Shown here: positions 9,460 through 17,654 of the stretch, piece by piece
Position numbering within the stretch: position 1 is the first letter of the stretch
Layout of the letters: each line of letters starts with the position of its first letter
Notes under the pieces: generated by a model
The model's input: the letters and a program-made list of their open reading frames with translations, nothing else
Told to the model about the DNA's origin: nothing
Database searches by the model: none
Source of the DNA: Acidobacteriota bacterium
GTDB taxonomy: Bacteria > Acidobacteriota > CAIWXX01
Reading direction: 5' to 3'
Length of the DNA stretch: 64,000 nucleotides
NCBI GenBank assembly: GCA_040755995.1
Contig: JBFMAF010000037.1
Coordinates: 1 to 64,000, forward strand
Position numbers and translations under genes: made by a program

Positions 9460-10914
9460 ATGAGAAGGCCAAGGAACGTGCTGGATCTGGAGAAGGCGAG
9501 TCGCGACGCGTTGTGGCGCTCTCTCGCCGGGATCGTCGAGTCATACATGGCCAAGGTGCACGAATCGCCTGTGGCTCCAAGCGTCACTCCTGTGGAGATC
9601 GAGTCGCTGCTTGCGCCGATGCAGTTTGACCGGCAGATCGATCCGCGAGTGGCACTGGGCTTCGTTGCGGAGAATCTGACGAAGCATCAAGTGCACACGC
9701 CGCATGCACGGTACTTCGGGCTGTTCAATCCGGCGCCGGCGACGATGGGAATAGTCGCCGACGCTCTCGTGGCCGCATTCAATCCGCAGCTGGCGACATG
9801 GAACCACAGTCCGTTTGCGGTCCAGCTCGAGCGGCATCTCATCCGGATGTTCGGCGCGCGATTCGGCTATACTGCGGAGGATGTCGACGGCACATTCGCG
9901 AGCGGCGGTGCAGAAGCCAACCACACCGCGGTGCTCACGGCGCTCGAGTATTCGTTTCCGGATTTCGCGCGGCTGGGGACGCGTGGATTGGAGAAGCAGC
10001 CCCGTCTCTACGTCTCCGCACAGGCACATCATTCGATTGTAAAGGCGGTGCGTGCCTGCGGTCTCGGCTCCGACGCCATTCGCACAATCGTCGTCGACGA
10101 TGCCATGAGGATCGATGTCGATGCACTGGTGGAGCAGCTCCGGCGTGATCGCGCCGCGGGAGACGCCCCGTTCATGATCGTGGCCAATGCCGGAACCACC
10201 AATGCCGGCGTCGTGGATCCGATCGCGTCGCTGGCTGAAGTGGCCGCAGCCGAACGCGTCTGGTTCCATGTCGACGCCGCGTGGGGAGGTGCCGCCATCT
10301 TCCTGCCTGAGCTTGCTAGACTTCTCCAGGGCATCGAGCTGTCGGATTCGATCACATTCGACGCGCACAAGTTCTTGTCGGTCCCCATGGCTGCCGGGAT
10401 GTACCTTACCCGCCACCGCGACATCCTCAGCCGTACCTTCCGGATCACTACCGACTACATGCCCGACGCAGCGGCCGCCGACCTGCCCGATCCGTACACG
10501 CACTCGCTCCAGTGGTCACGGCGCTTCATCGGTCTGAAGGTCTTCCTTTCGCTGGCTGTGGCGGGCTGGGACGGGTACGAGCAGGCCATCCGGCATCAGA
10601 CGGCCATGGGAAACCTGCTTCGCCGCGAGCTCGAGGCCGCCGATTGGGAGATAGTCAACTCCACTCCGCTGCCGATCGCGTGCTTCGCCGATCGAAGCCA
10701 CCCGCGCGGAAGAACCGAATCGTTCATCCACGCGGTGGCAAGAGAGGTCGTGTCGTCGGGCGAGGCGTGGATCTCCACGACCAGGCTCGAGAGGGAGATT
10801 CCTGTGCTGAGGGCTTGCGTCACGAACTACCGCACCGAGCCGGAAGACATACGCGCCCTCGTAGGTGCCGTCGGCAAGGCCAGATCCAAACTGCTCGCGG
10901 GCCAGGGCGCCTGA
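9460..10914 (+). CDS. Group II PLP-dependent amino acid decarboxylase
   Basis: GTFASGGAEAN, AGTTNAGVVDPI, HVDAAWGG and DAHK (PLP lysine). Confidence 0.92.
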   Translation: MRRPRNVLDLEKASRDALWRSLAGIVESYMAKVHESPVAPSVTPVEIESLLAPMQFDRQIDPRVALGFVAENLTKHQVHTPHARYFGLFNPAPATMGIVADALVAAFNPQLATWNHSPFAVQLERHLIRMFGARFGYTAEDVDGTFASGGAEANHTAVLTALEYSFPDFARLGTRGLEKQPRLYVSAQAHHSIVKAVRACGLGSDAIRTIVVDDAMRIDVDALVEQLRRDRAAGDAPFMIVANAGTTNAGVVDPIASLAEVAAAERVWFHVDAAWGGAAIFLPELARLLQGIELSDSITFDAHKFLSVPMAAGMYLTRHRDILSRTFRITTDYMPDAAAADLPDPYTHSLQWSRRFIGLKVFLSLAVAGWDGYEQAIRHQTAMGNLLRRELEAADWEIVNSTPLPIACFADRSHPRGRTESFIHAVAREVVSSGEAWISTTRLEREIPVLRACVTNYRTEPEDIRALVGAVGKARSKLLAGQGA

Positions 10915-11024
10915 CCGGCGCCGATTCCGCTCGACGTCGTTCATCTGGGCCAGGCATGGAATGCCGCTTCTCAACCACCGAGCCCCCGAAAGGCACCAAT
11001 TCCGCATTCCGCACTCCGCATTCT

Positions 11025-11050
11025 TGAAACCCGGTGCCTCGTCGCTCGTA
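11025..11050 (+). promoter_or_regulatory. Putative ECF-sigma promoter
   Basis: TGAAAC-N16-CGTA, identical to the SigW-type consensus, 37 nt before the next start codon. Confidence 0.5.
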
Positions 11051-11087
11051 CTGAATGGTGCGCATGCCACTAAGACGAGGAGGAATC

Positions 11088-11687
11088 ATGAAGAAGGTGC
11101 TGTGCGGATGGATCGCTGCGACTTTGCTGGTTGCGGTCGGTTGGGCTGGAGCTGCCGAGGCTGAGAAGGCAGCCCAGAAGAGAATGAAGCCCGCGTTGCT
11201 CGTAATCGACGTCCAAAACGCATACCTGCCCTACATGGACGACGAGGACAAGAGGTTCTCCACGGAGATCATCAATGGGGCCATCGCGCACTTTCGCGAA
11301 AATGGCTTCCCCGTGATCCGCGTCTACAACACCGATCCGAAATGGGGTCCGAAGCCCGACTCGACGGAATTCCAGTTCCCCGAGAGTATCTTGGTGAAGG
11401 CGGACGATCCGAAGGTGGTCAAGAACTACGCGAGCGCATTCAAGCAGACAGACCTCGACAAGATCCTGAAGGAGAAGGGGTGCAATACCGTGTTCCTCTG
11501 CGGGCTGAGCGCCGTGGGTTGCGTCCTGGCTACGTACCATGGAGCGATGGATCTGGATTACGACGTCTTCATGATCAAGCACGGCCTTCTGAGCCACAAC
11601 GCCGACTACACGAATGTCATCGAGGACATCTGTGACGCCGTGCCCTATTCGGCCATGAAGGTCATGCTGGAGAACGCGCGGAAGTAG
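11088..11687 (+). CDS. Isochorismatase/cysteine hydrolase family protein with signal peptide
   Basis: ALLVIDVQN, KNYASAF and GLSAVGCV..T (Asp-Lys-Cys triad). Confidence 0.9.
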   Translation: MKKVLCGWIAATLLVAVGWAGAAEAEKAAQKRMKPALLVIDVQNAYLPYMDDEDKRFSTEIINGAIAHFRENGFPVIRVYNTDPKWGPKPDSTEFQFPESILVKADDPKVVKNYASAFKQTDLDKILKEKGCNTVFLCGLSAVGCVLATYHGAMDLDYDVFMIKHGLLSHNADYTNVIEDICDAVPYSAMKVMLENARK

Positions 11688-12013
11688 CAGGGACGGCAGA
11701 GCGACGACGGCAGCGAAATCGCCGAGCCGGCGCTGGACCCACTGCGCGCGATCAAGGCGACACCTGTCCCCAAGCGCAAGCATCTGGTGTTCGGCGCATT
11801 TGACCTGGAGGCGTTCAAGAGGCACCTGAAGTGATGTTGCTGACCCGGGAGGATATCCGGAGGTTCCTATCTGGCGTGGGCCGCGCGGCCATGCTCTGGC
11901 TTGCCATCAAGTAGCCCACCTGCGTTCGCTTGCTTCCTCAAACTCATTACGCCAGCAGAAAAGATCGCAAACGCACGCCGGTGCCCGCATGCCTGGTGTC
12001 TTGGGGATTCGTG

Positions 12014-12089
12014 TGGTGCCGGGGGAGGGAATCGAACCCCCCACGCAGGGATTTTCAGTCCCTCGCTCTACCTACTGAGCTACCCCGGC
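12014..12089 (-). tRNA. tRNA-Phe(GAA)
   Basis: 76-nt cloverleaf GCCGGGG...CCCCGGCACCA, anticodon loop CTGAAAA, GGTTCGATTCC T-arm, encoded CCA. Confidence 0.97.
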
Positions 12090-12192
12090 TGGGCGTATTA
12101 ATTGTTGATCTAATCCGCGACGCTGTCAAGTTGTGTCGCAGAGCATGACGCGTTGTGTACACGAACAGACGTTGCGGAGTACTCTATCGGGT

Positions 12193-12705
12193 GTGAGCGA
12201 TGAGCTCGTTGGTCTGGTCGCCTCGGCCCAAGAGGGCAGCCCGGAGGCGTTTCGCCTGCTCGTCGATGGATGCTGGGAGCGACTGGTGCGACTGTCTCGC
12301 TCGATCGTCGGCGAGGCCGAAGCGGAAGACCTGGTCCAAGAGGGGCTCATTGCGGCATGGAGAGCCATGAAGAGCCTGAGGAATCCGGAAGGCTTCGACG
12401 CCTGGGTGGCGCGGATCGTCTTCCGTCGCTGCCTCAGACGGGCACGAGGATTTCGTCGTTTCCTGCCGATGGATTCGATCCCGGAGCGATCCAGTCTCGG
12501 CAACGCGGAGGAGCAGCTGGGTATCTGGCAGCTGCTGTCCCGGCTCGCTCCTCGGCAACGCGCCGTCTTGCATCTCACGATTGTGGAGGGTATGACCGAT
12601 TCCGAGATTGCGGGCTCTCTGGGTATCAAAGCCGCCTCGGTCCGGGCCCATCGCCGGAGGGCCAAAGATAGACTCGCACAGTTGCTCGATGGGAGAGGCT
12701 TATGA
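12193..12705 (+). CDS. ECF RNA polymerase sigma factor
   Basis: EAEDLVQE, FDAWVARI, LAPRQRAV and SEIAGSLG motifs; start uncertain (ORF is open from 12133). Confidence 0.9.
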   Translation: MSDELVGLVASAQEGSPEAFRLLVDGCWERLVRLSRSIVGEAEAEDLVQEGLIAAWRAMKSLRNPEGFDAWVARIVFRRCLRRARGFRRFLPMDSIPERSSLGNAEEQLGIWQLLSRLAPRQRAVLHLTIVEGMTDSEIAGSLGIKAASVRAHRRRAKDRLAQLLDGRGL

Positions 12706-13037
12706 GCGTCGAGGAACAACATCGGAGCGAACAGGGCTTCGAAGAGGCGTTTCGCGAATGGGGCCGCAGGCCGGCTCGCATGCCCGCGCACATTGCCTCC
12801 CAGCGAATCGCTTCGAAGCTGGACCAAAGGCGGCGGAAGCCCCGCTGGCGCTGGCTCGCGGCTGCCGCGGCCATCGTCTTTGCTGTTGCAGGGGCGTGGC
12901 TCCTGTGGCAGCAGGCGCTGCCAGATTCGAGGCCGCCCAGCATGGAAATCACTCAACCGGCTCTGGATGAGAACGTCGTCTTGTGGTGGTTGGATTCGAA
13001 CACGCCGGTCTACTTCGTGATAACAACATCGAGCTGA
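12702..13037 (+). CDS. Single-TM putative anti-sigma factor
   Basis: ATGA overlap with the sigma gene; basic patch followed by a TM helix. Confidence 0.65.
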   Translation: MSVEEQHRSEQGFEEAFREWGRRPARMPAHIASQRIASKLDQRRRKPRWRWLAAAAAIVFAVAGAWLLWQQALPDSRPPSMEITQPALDENVVLWWLDSNTPVYFVITTSS

Positions 13038-13054
13038 AGCGCAGGAGGTGCGTC

Positions 13055-13879
13055 ATGAGAGGTAGCTTCGTGCAAATATCTGTTTCACTAGTGTTCATAG
13101 CGTGCGTGGTCGTCGTCCCGGCGAAGGCGACCGCAGCCGGCGAGACGCTTCGCACGCATTTCCAGTTCCTGGCAGGCAGCCCTGCCGAGGGCGGGCAGGC
13201 CAAGGGCGCCGTGCTCATTCTGCCTGGAACGGTCGTTGTTCCGGGCACGTCCAGAACCACTGACTCGCATCCGCCGCTCAAGCTGATGAACCAACTGCGA
13301 GAGGCGTATCGCCTGAGCCAGCTGACGATCATGAGCTCGTACGACTCGGTGCTCAAAGTGGGGGCCGAGGACCGCGTGGGCACGGGCCGCAGCGGCCCAG
13401 ACATCCACGTCACGCTCCTGGGATTCGATGACAGGAACGCTCTGTACAAGGTGCGCATGACCGATGCAGGGAAGCCGCTCGCCGAGCCGAAGGTCGCCAT
13501 CCAGCGTGGCGAACGCGGGATCGTGGGAGGGCGAAACGGCGTGGCGGCACCGTACTTCTTCGTCGTGATCGAGCCCTACGGCACAAATGAACGTGGCGCC
13601 GACGGGGCGTGGAATCCACCCAAGCTGGTGCACAGAGTTGAGCCGGAGTATCCCGCCGAGGCCGCCGATGCGAAGGTGCAAGGGGTCGTCATCCTGAGCG
13701 CCACGCTGGGTACCGACGGATCTGTGCGCGAGATCAAGGTCGTGCAGGGGCAGCCTAGCGGCCTCACGGAGGCGGCCAAAGCCGCCGTCAGCCAGTGGAA
13801 ATACGAGCCCGCAAGAGACGCGCAGGGGAAACCGGTCGAGGTTGAATTCGACGTGACTGTCTCGTTCATCCTCGAATGA
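13055..13879 (+). CDS. TonB C-terminal domain protein
   Basis: Signal peptide; VEPEYP..A....VQGVVIL...LTEAAKAAVSQWKYEPA. Confidence 0.88.
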   Translation: MRGSFVQISVSLVFIACVVVVPAKATAAGETLRTHFQFLAGSPAEGGQAKGAVLILPGTVVVPGTSRTTDSHPPLKLMNQLREAYRLSQLTIMSSYDSVLKVGAEDRVGTGRSGPDIHVTLLGFDDRNALYKVRMTDAGKPLAEPKVAIQRGERGIVGGRNGVAAPYFFVVIEPYGTNERGADGAWNPPKLVHRVEPEYPAEAADAKVQGVVILSATLGTDGSVREIKVVQGQPSGLTEAAKAAVSQWKYEPARDAQGKPVEVEFDVTVSFILE

Positions 13880-13961
13880 CGACATCGTAGACTACCGGTC
13901 CCAGCCGCACACTGGCGTGGGGCTGACGCCCCAGCGGCATTGCGAGCCCCGCTGAGTCAGA

Positions 13962-14858
13962 TCAGCGGGTCTCGCGCCCGCGAAGCCGCCGGACGACCGC
14001 TGCCAGGTCCTCGGGGAGTCCGGCGTCGAATTCGAGTTTCGTGCCGGAGACGGGATGAGCGAACCCGATGTGGGCGGCGTGAAGAGCAAGGCGGGGCACC
14101 TCGACGGGATCGAGTCGAGGATCACCATAGAGGGTGTCGCCGAGGACGGGATGCCCCAGATATGAGAGGTGAACTCGCACCTGGTGCGTGCGACCCGTGT
14201 ACAAAGTCGCCTCGACCAGCGTCGCCTTGCCGTAGCGCTCCACCGGCCTCAGGTTCGTTCGCGCCTCCTTCCCGTGCCTCCTCACCACCGCCCGCCGCGC
14301 TCCCGCCCGCGGCCGGCCGATATCGCGATCGACAGTAGTCGCCTTCTCGAAGTCGCCGCGCACCAGCGCCAGGTAGCGCCGGCTCACGTCGTGCCCGCGG
14401 AACATGCGCACCAGGCGCTCGGCGGCTGCATGAGTCCGAGCGAATAGGAGCAGGCCCGAGGTATCACGGTCGAGGCGGTGGACGACGAAGACGCCGTGCC
14501 TCTCGCCCGTGCGCCGCTCGATCTCGGTTGCGACGCGCCACAACAACGTGTCCTTCTCGCCTTCGGGGCCGGGGTGAACGAGAAGCCCTGACGGCTTATT
14601 CACCACCACGACACTCTCGTCCAGATGCACCAGCTCCACTCTGGGAGCTGCATCGGTTCGCCGGAGCCGGCGGAGCTCCGGGCGGTGCGACAGCTTATCA
14701 TCGGGCGTCACGAAGAAGCCCGGATCCGTCACGATCCGATCGTTCACCAGCACGTGACCGATCTCGACCTCGCGCTTGGCGCGAGAGTACGATGTCGCCA
14801 GCAGTTGCTGAACCGCGCGCGCGAGCCTCAGCCTCGCGGCATGATCACTCGATTGCAC
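13962..14858 (-). CDS. RluA/RluD family pseudouridine synthase
   Basis: S4-like N-terminus, NKPSGLLVHP, VHRLDRDTSGL and TGRTHQVRVH. Confidence 0.95.
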   Translation of the reverse strand: MQSSDHAARLRLARAVQQLLATSYSRAKREVEIGHVLVNDRIVTDPGFFVTPDDKLSHRPELRRLRRTDAAPRVELVHLDESVVVVNKPSGLLVHPGPEGEKDTLLWRVATEIERRTGERHGVFVVHRLDRDTSGLLLFARTHAAAERLVRMFRGHDVSRRYLALVRGDFEKATTVDRDIGRPRAGARRAVVRRHGKEARTNLRPVERYGKATLVEATLYTGRTHQVRVHLSYLGHPVLGDTLYGDPRLDPVEVPRLALHAAHIGFAHPVSGTKLEFDAGLPEDLAAVVRRLRGRETR

Positions 14859-14969
14859 GTCGCGAGTCTATCATCGTGCGGCGGGGCGCGCCAGGACGCC
14901 TCGCACGCGTCCTTGTTGGCCACCCAGCCCTATGCTACAATCTGCGCACCGAATTCGGGGGAAAACAGG

Positions 14970-16742
14970 ATGAAAGAGGGTTTGATTCAGAAAGGTTCGC
15001 TGCCTCAGATCGTTTCCGATGTCGTTGCCAATCGAAAGACAGGCGACATCCAGTGCACGAGGCAGCATGAAGATAAGCGTCTGTTCTTCAAGGACGGGGA
15101 GCTGGTCTTCGCATCGACGAACGTGGACGGCGAGCGCATCGGGCAGGTGCTGGTGGAGGCGGGTCTGGTCGATCCGACGATGCTCGAGGCCGCGCTGAGC
15201 ACCGTCTCACCAGGCAAGCGCACCGGCAGGATACTAGTCGTGGAAGGGGTCTTGACCCCGGAACAGCTCATACGCACGGTAGAGGACTTCATCCGACGCG
15301 TGACATGCTCGGTATTCGCATGGAAGGACGGGCGGGCCCGGTTCACCGAAGGTGACCATCCTGACATCGAAGACGTAGTGATCAAGTTGGATGCGGCCGA
15401 CATTCTGCTCGATGCATGCCGCAAGATTCCGGTTGGGTCGATCGCGGCGCAGGCGATCGTCAACCTTCAGGAGCCGCTCAGGTTTGCCATGGACCCGGCC
15501 CTGCGATTCCAGAAGCTGTCGTTCAGCTCGGACGAGGCGACGGTGATGGGCTGCCTCAACAATTTCACGACCGCCGAGGAGGTTTGCGAGGCCAGCCCGC
15601 TCGACAGGGATTCCACGCTGAAGCTCATTTGCGGACTCATCGCCGGCGGTATCGTCGAGCCCCCCGGACCCGCGCGACCGGTGCAGGAAGCGGTTCCCCC
15701 GGTCGCCGCTGCGGCGACGCGGGAGGAATTCGAGCTGCCGGATGACATCTTCGGCGAGCCACTGGTGCCCGAAGAAGTCGCACCGCCGCCCAAGCGACCG
15801 GCCGCGCCTGCACGCGGGCCTCTCGTGACGTCGCGGCCCGCTGCCACGCCGCAGCGACCCGCCGCGCTCCCATCGCGGCCGGCCGCCCCGGCAATCCCGC
15901 CTCGTCCTCAGGCCCTGATGCCGGTGGAGGAGGCGCTCGAACCTGAGGCCGAGCCCATTGAGCAGCTGGCAGCCCCCGTGCAGGAGCCGCCGAGGCAGAT
16001 AACGAGCGAACAGGAGGCGGCGGAGAGGGGGCAGATCCTGGAGGTCCATCGCAGGCTGGCGCTCATGGATTACTACACGCTGCTCGAGGTCGATCGCCGA
16101 TCCAGCGATGCCGAGATTCGAACGTCATACTTCGCCTTGGCCAAGAAGTACCACCCGGATCGCTGCGTCGCGCCTCACCTGAGCGAGTGCAAGACGGCGA
16201 TGGAGGAGATCTACGGCCAGATCAACAAGGCATACGAGACTCTACGGGACGCTGAGCGGCGGCGCCAGTATGATGCGCGCGGTGCGAAGCCGGAGGGTGA
16301 CGAGCGTGAAGGCGTTTCGAAGGAGTCGGACGAGCAGATTGCGGACAAGCACTTCCGCATGGCCAAGACGCTCTACGACCAGAGAAACTACGCCGATGCC
16401 ATCCAGCTGCTGAAGGTCGCCACACGGCTCAATCCCGGCAAAGGCAACTACCTGTTCTTGCTCGCCAACGCCCTCGTCAAGGCCAACAACCGCAGAGAGG
16501 CCGAGGAGACCTACTTGAAGGCGATCGAGAAGGATCGCTTCAACTCGGACATCTACGTCTCTCTCGGCATGCTTTACAAGGCGTCGAACATGGGCAAGCG
16601 GGCCGAGGGGATGTTCCAGAAGGCCCTCGAGCTCAACGATAACCACCCGATCGCTCTCCGCGAGCTCGCTGCGCTGAGACCGCCCGATCAGGGCTTGCTG
16701 AAGTCGTTCCTGAAAAAAGCATCAGACAAGGTGAAGCGCTAG
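14970..16742 (+). CDS. DUF4388 + Pro-rich linker + DnaJ + TPR protein
   Basis: DYYTLLEV...LAKKYHPDR J-domain, C-terminal TPRs, N-terminal LFFKDGELVFA; TGCTACAAT promoter-like element upstream. Confidence 0.88.
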   Translation: MKEGLIQKGSLPQIVSDVVANRKTGDIQCTRQHEDKRLFFKDGELVFASTNVDGERIGQVLVEAGLVDPTMLEAALSTVSPGKRTGRILVVEGVLTPEQLIRTVEDFIRRVTCSVFAWKDGRARFTEGDHPDIEDVVIKLDAADILLDACRKIPVGSIAAQAIVNLQEPLRFAMDPALRFQKLSFSSDEATVMGCLNNFTTAEEVCEASPLDRDSTLKLICGLIAGGIVEPPGPARPVQEAVPPVAAAATREEFELPDDIFGEPLVPEEVAPPPKRPAAPARGPLVTSRPAATPQRPAALPSRPAAPAIPPRPQALMPVEEALEPEAEPIEQLAAPVQEPPRQITSEQEAAERGQILEVHRRLALMDYYTLLEVDRRSSDAEIRTSYFALAKKYHPDRCVAPHLSECKTAMEEIYGQINKAYETLRDAERRRQYDARGAKPEGDEREGVSKESDEQIADKHFRMAKTLYDQRNYADAIQLLKVATRLNPGKGNYLFLLANALVKANNRREAEETYLKAIEKDRFNSDIYVSLGMLYKASNMGKRAEGMFQKALELNDNHPIALRELAALRPPDQGLLKSFLKKASDKVKR

Positions 16743-16746
16743 AGAA

Positions 16747-16781
16747 CTTCAAACCCGGCGCCGTGGAGCGGCGCCTGCGAC
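16747..16781. repeat. Single CRISPR-repeat-like hairpin unit in the cas6 5' UTR
   Basis: CTTCAAACCC-GGCGCCG-TGGAG-CGGCGCC-TGCGAC; the reverse strand reads GTCGCA...GGGTTTGAAG; single copy. Confidence 0.4.
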
Positions 16782-16791
16782 GAGGAGCCCA

Positions 16792-17505
16792 ATGCCGGCC
16801 GCGATAGTGCTCGCTTGTGGCGAGCCCCTCAGCCAGGATCCGATCGAACTGCTTCGCGCGCTGGTGGGACGGGTCGTGGATGCGGAGCTGGTCGAGCAGG
16901 AGTTGCAGTCCTTTACGATCGCCTCTGTGGCGCCGGAGACCGGGGGGCCGGCTTTTCGCTTGAGCACGACTGACGAGAAGCTGGAATTGGCGATAGCGAA
17001 GCTCGGGGAAACAGAGATCGTCGTCACCGGCAAACCGCGTGCCTTGCGCCAGGTCGACGGACACCCCTTGGCCGGAAGACGATCGTACGAGGAGCTTTTC
17101 CGGAAAGCCCCGCCGGCCTCGAAGGATTTCTCGTTCGAGTTCCTGTCGCCGACCTGCTTTCGCCACGGCGACGTCGACGTGCCGCTCCCCCTGTCGCGTC
17201 CACTGTTCAACGGGCTCTATCGCCGTTGGAAGCACTCTCACACACGCTTCGCCCTCCACGAGGACGTCGTGGAAGCCGCCGAACACCACCTCGCCATCGC
17301 CACACTGCGCATCGAGTCGCAGACGTTCAAGGAAGACAAGACGACGCGGACGGGCTTCGTCGGCAAGGTGACCTTCCGAGTATCGGGCAGCGTCAACCGC
17401 GACATCCTGCACGAGCTCAACGCGCTGGCTGACTTCGCCTTCTATGCCTCCGTCGGCCAACGGACGCAAGTCGGGATGGGGTTGATCAGGAGGCTCGGCC
17501 AGTAG
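16792..17505 (+). CDS. cas6: Orphan CRISPR-associated endoribonuclease Cas6 homologue (divergent)
   Basis: HPLAG..SYEEL, FEFLSPTCFR, PLP....F..L..RW, GFVGKV and LNALADFAFYASVGQRTQVGMG (C-terminal G-rich loop); GAGGAG RBS. Confidence 0.88.
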   Translation: MPAAIVLACGEPLSQDPIELLRALVGRVVDAELVEQELQSFTIASVAPETGGPAFRLSTTDEKLELAIAKLGETEIVVTGKPRALRQVDGHPLAGRRSYEELFRKAPPASKDFSFEFLSPTCFRHGDVDVPLPLSRPLFNGLYRRWKHSHTRFALHEDVVEAAEHHLAIATLRIESQTFKEDKTTRTGFVGKVTFRVSGSVNRDILHELNALADFAFYASVGQRTQVGMGLIRRLGQ

Positions 17506-17654
17506 CGAAGCGCGGCCTCGAACCGCCGGGCCCGTCGCGTGCCCAGACGGAATGCCGGTGCCCCTCCTGAGCGCCTGGCCGGTCGGGAACGCATGCGGAT
17601 GCACAGCAACACGCTGCTGCGATGCAGACGGCCCGGCGGCATCCGACCCGATGC

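Noticed and set aside
11690..11910. Coding-like fragment beside the tRNA-Phe 3' end (possible integrase relic)
   Set aside because: Too short, no recognisable recombinase motif and no att duplication
16741..16790. tRNA-Sec fragment (CTTCAAA loop followed by a long hairpin), given selA nearby
   Set aside because: Bases flanking CTTCAAA do not pair into an anticodon stem, and there is no T-arm or acceptor stem
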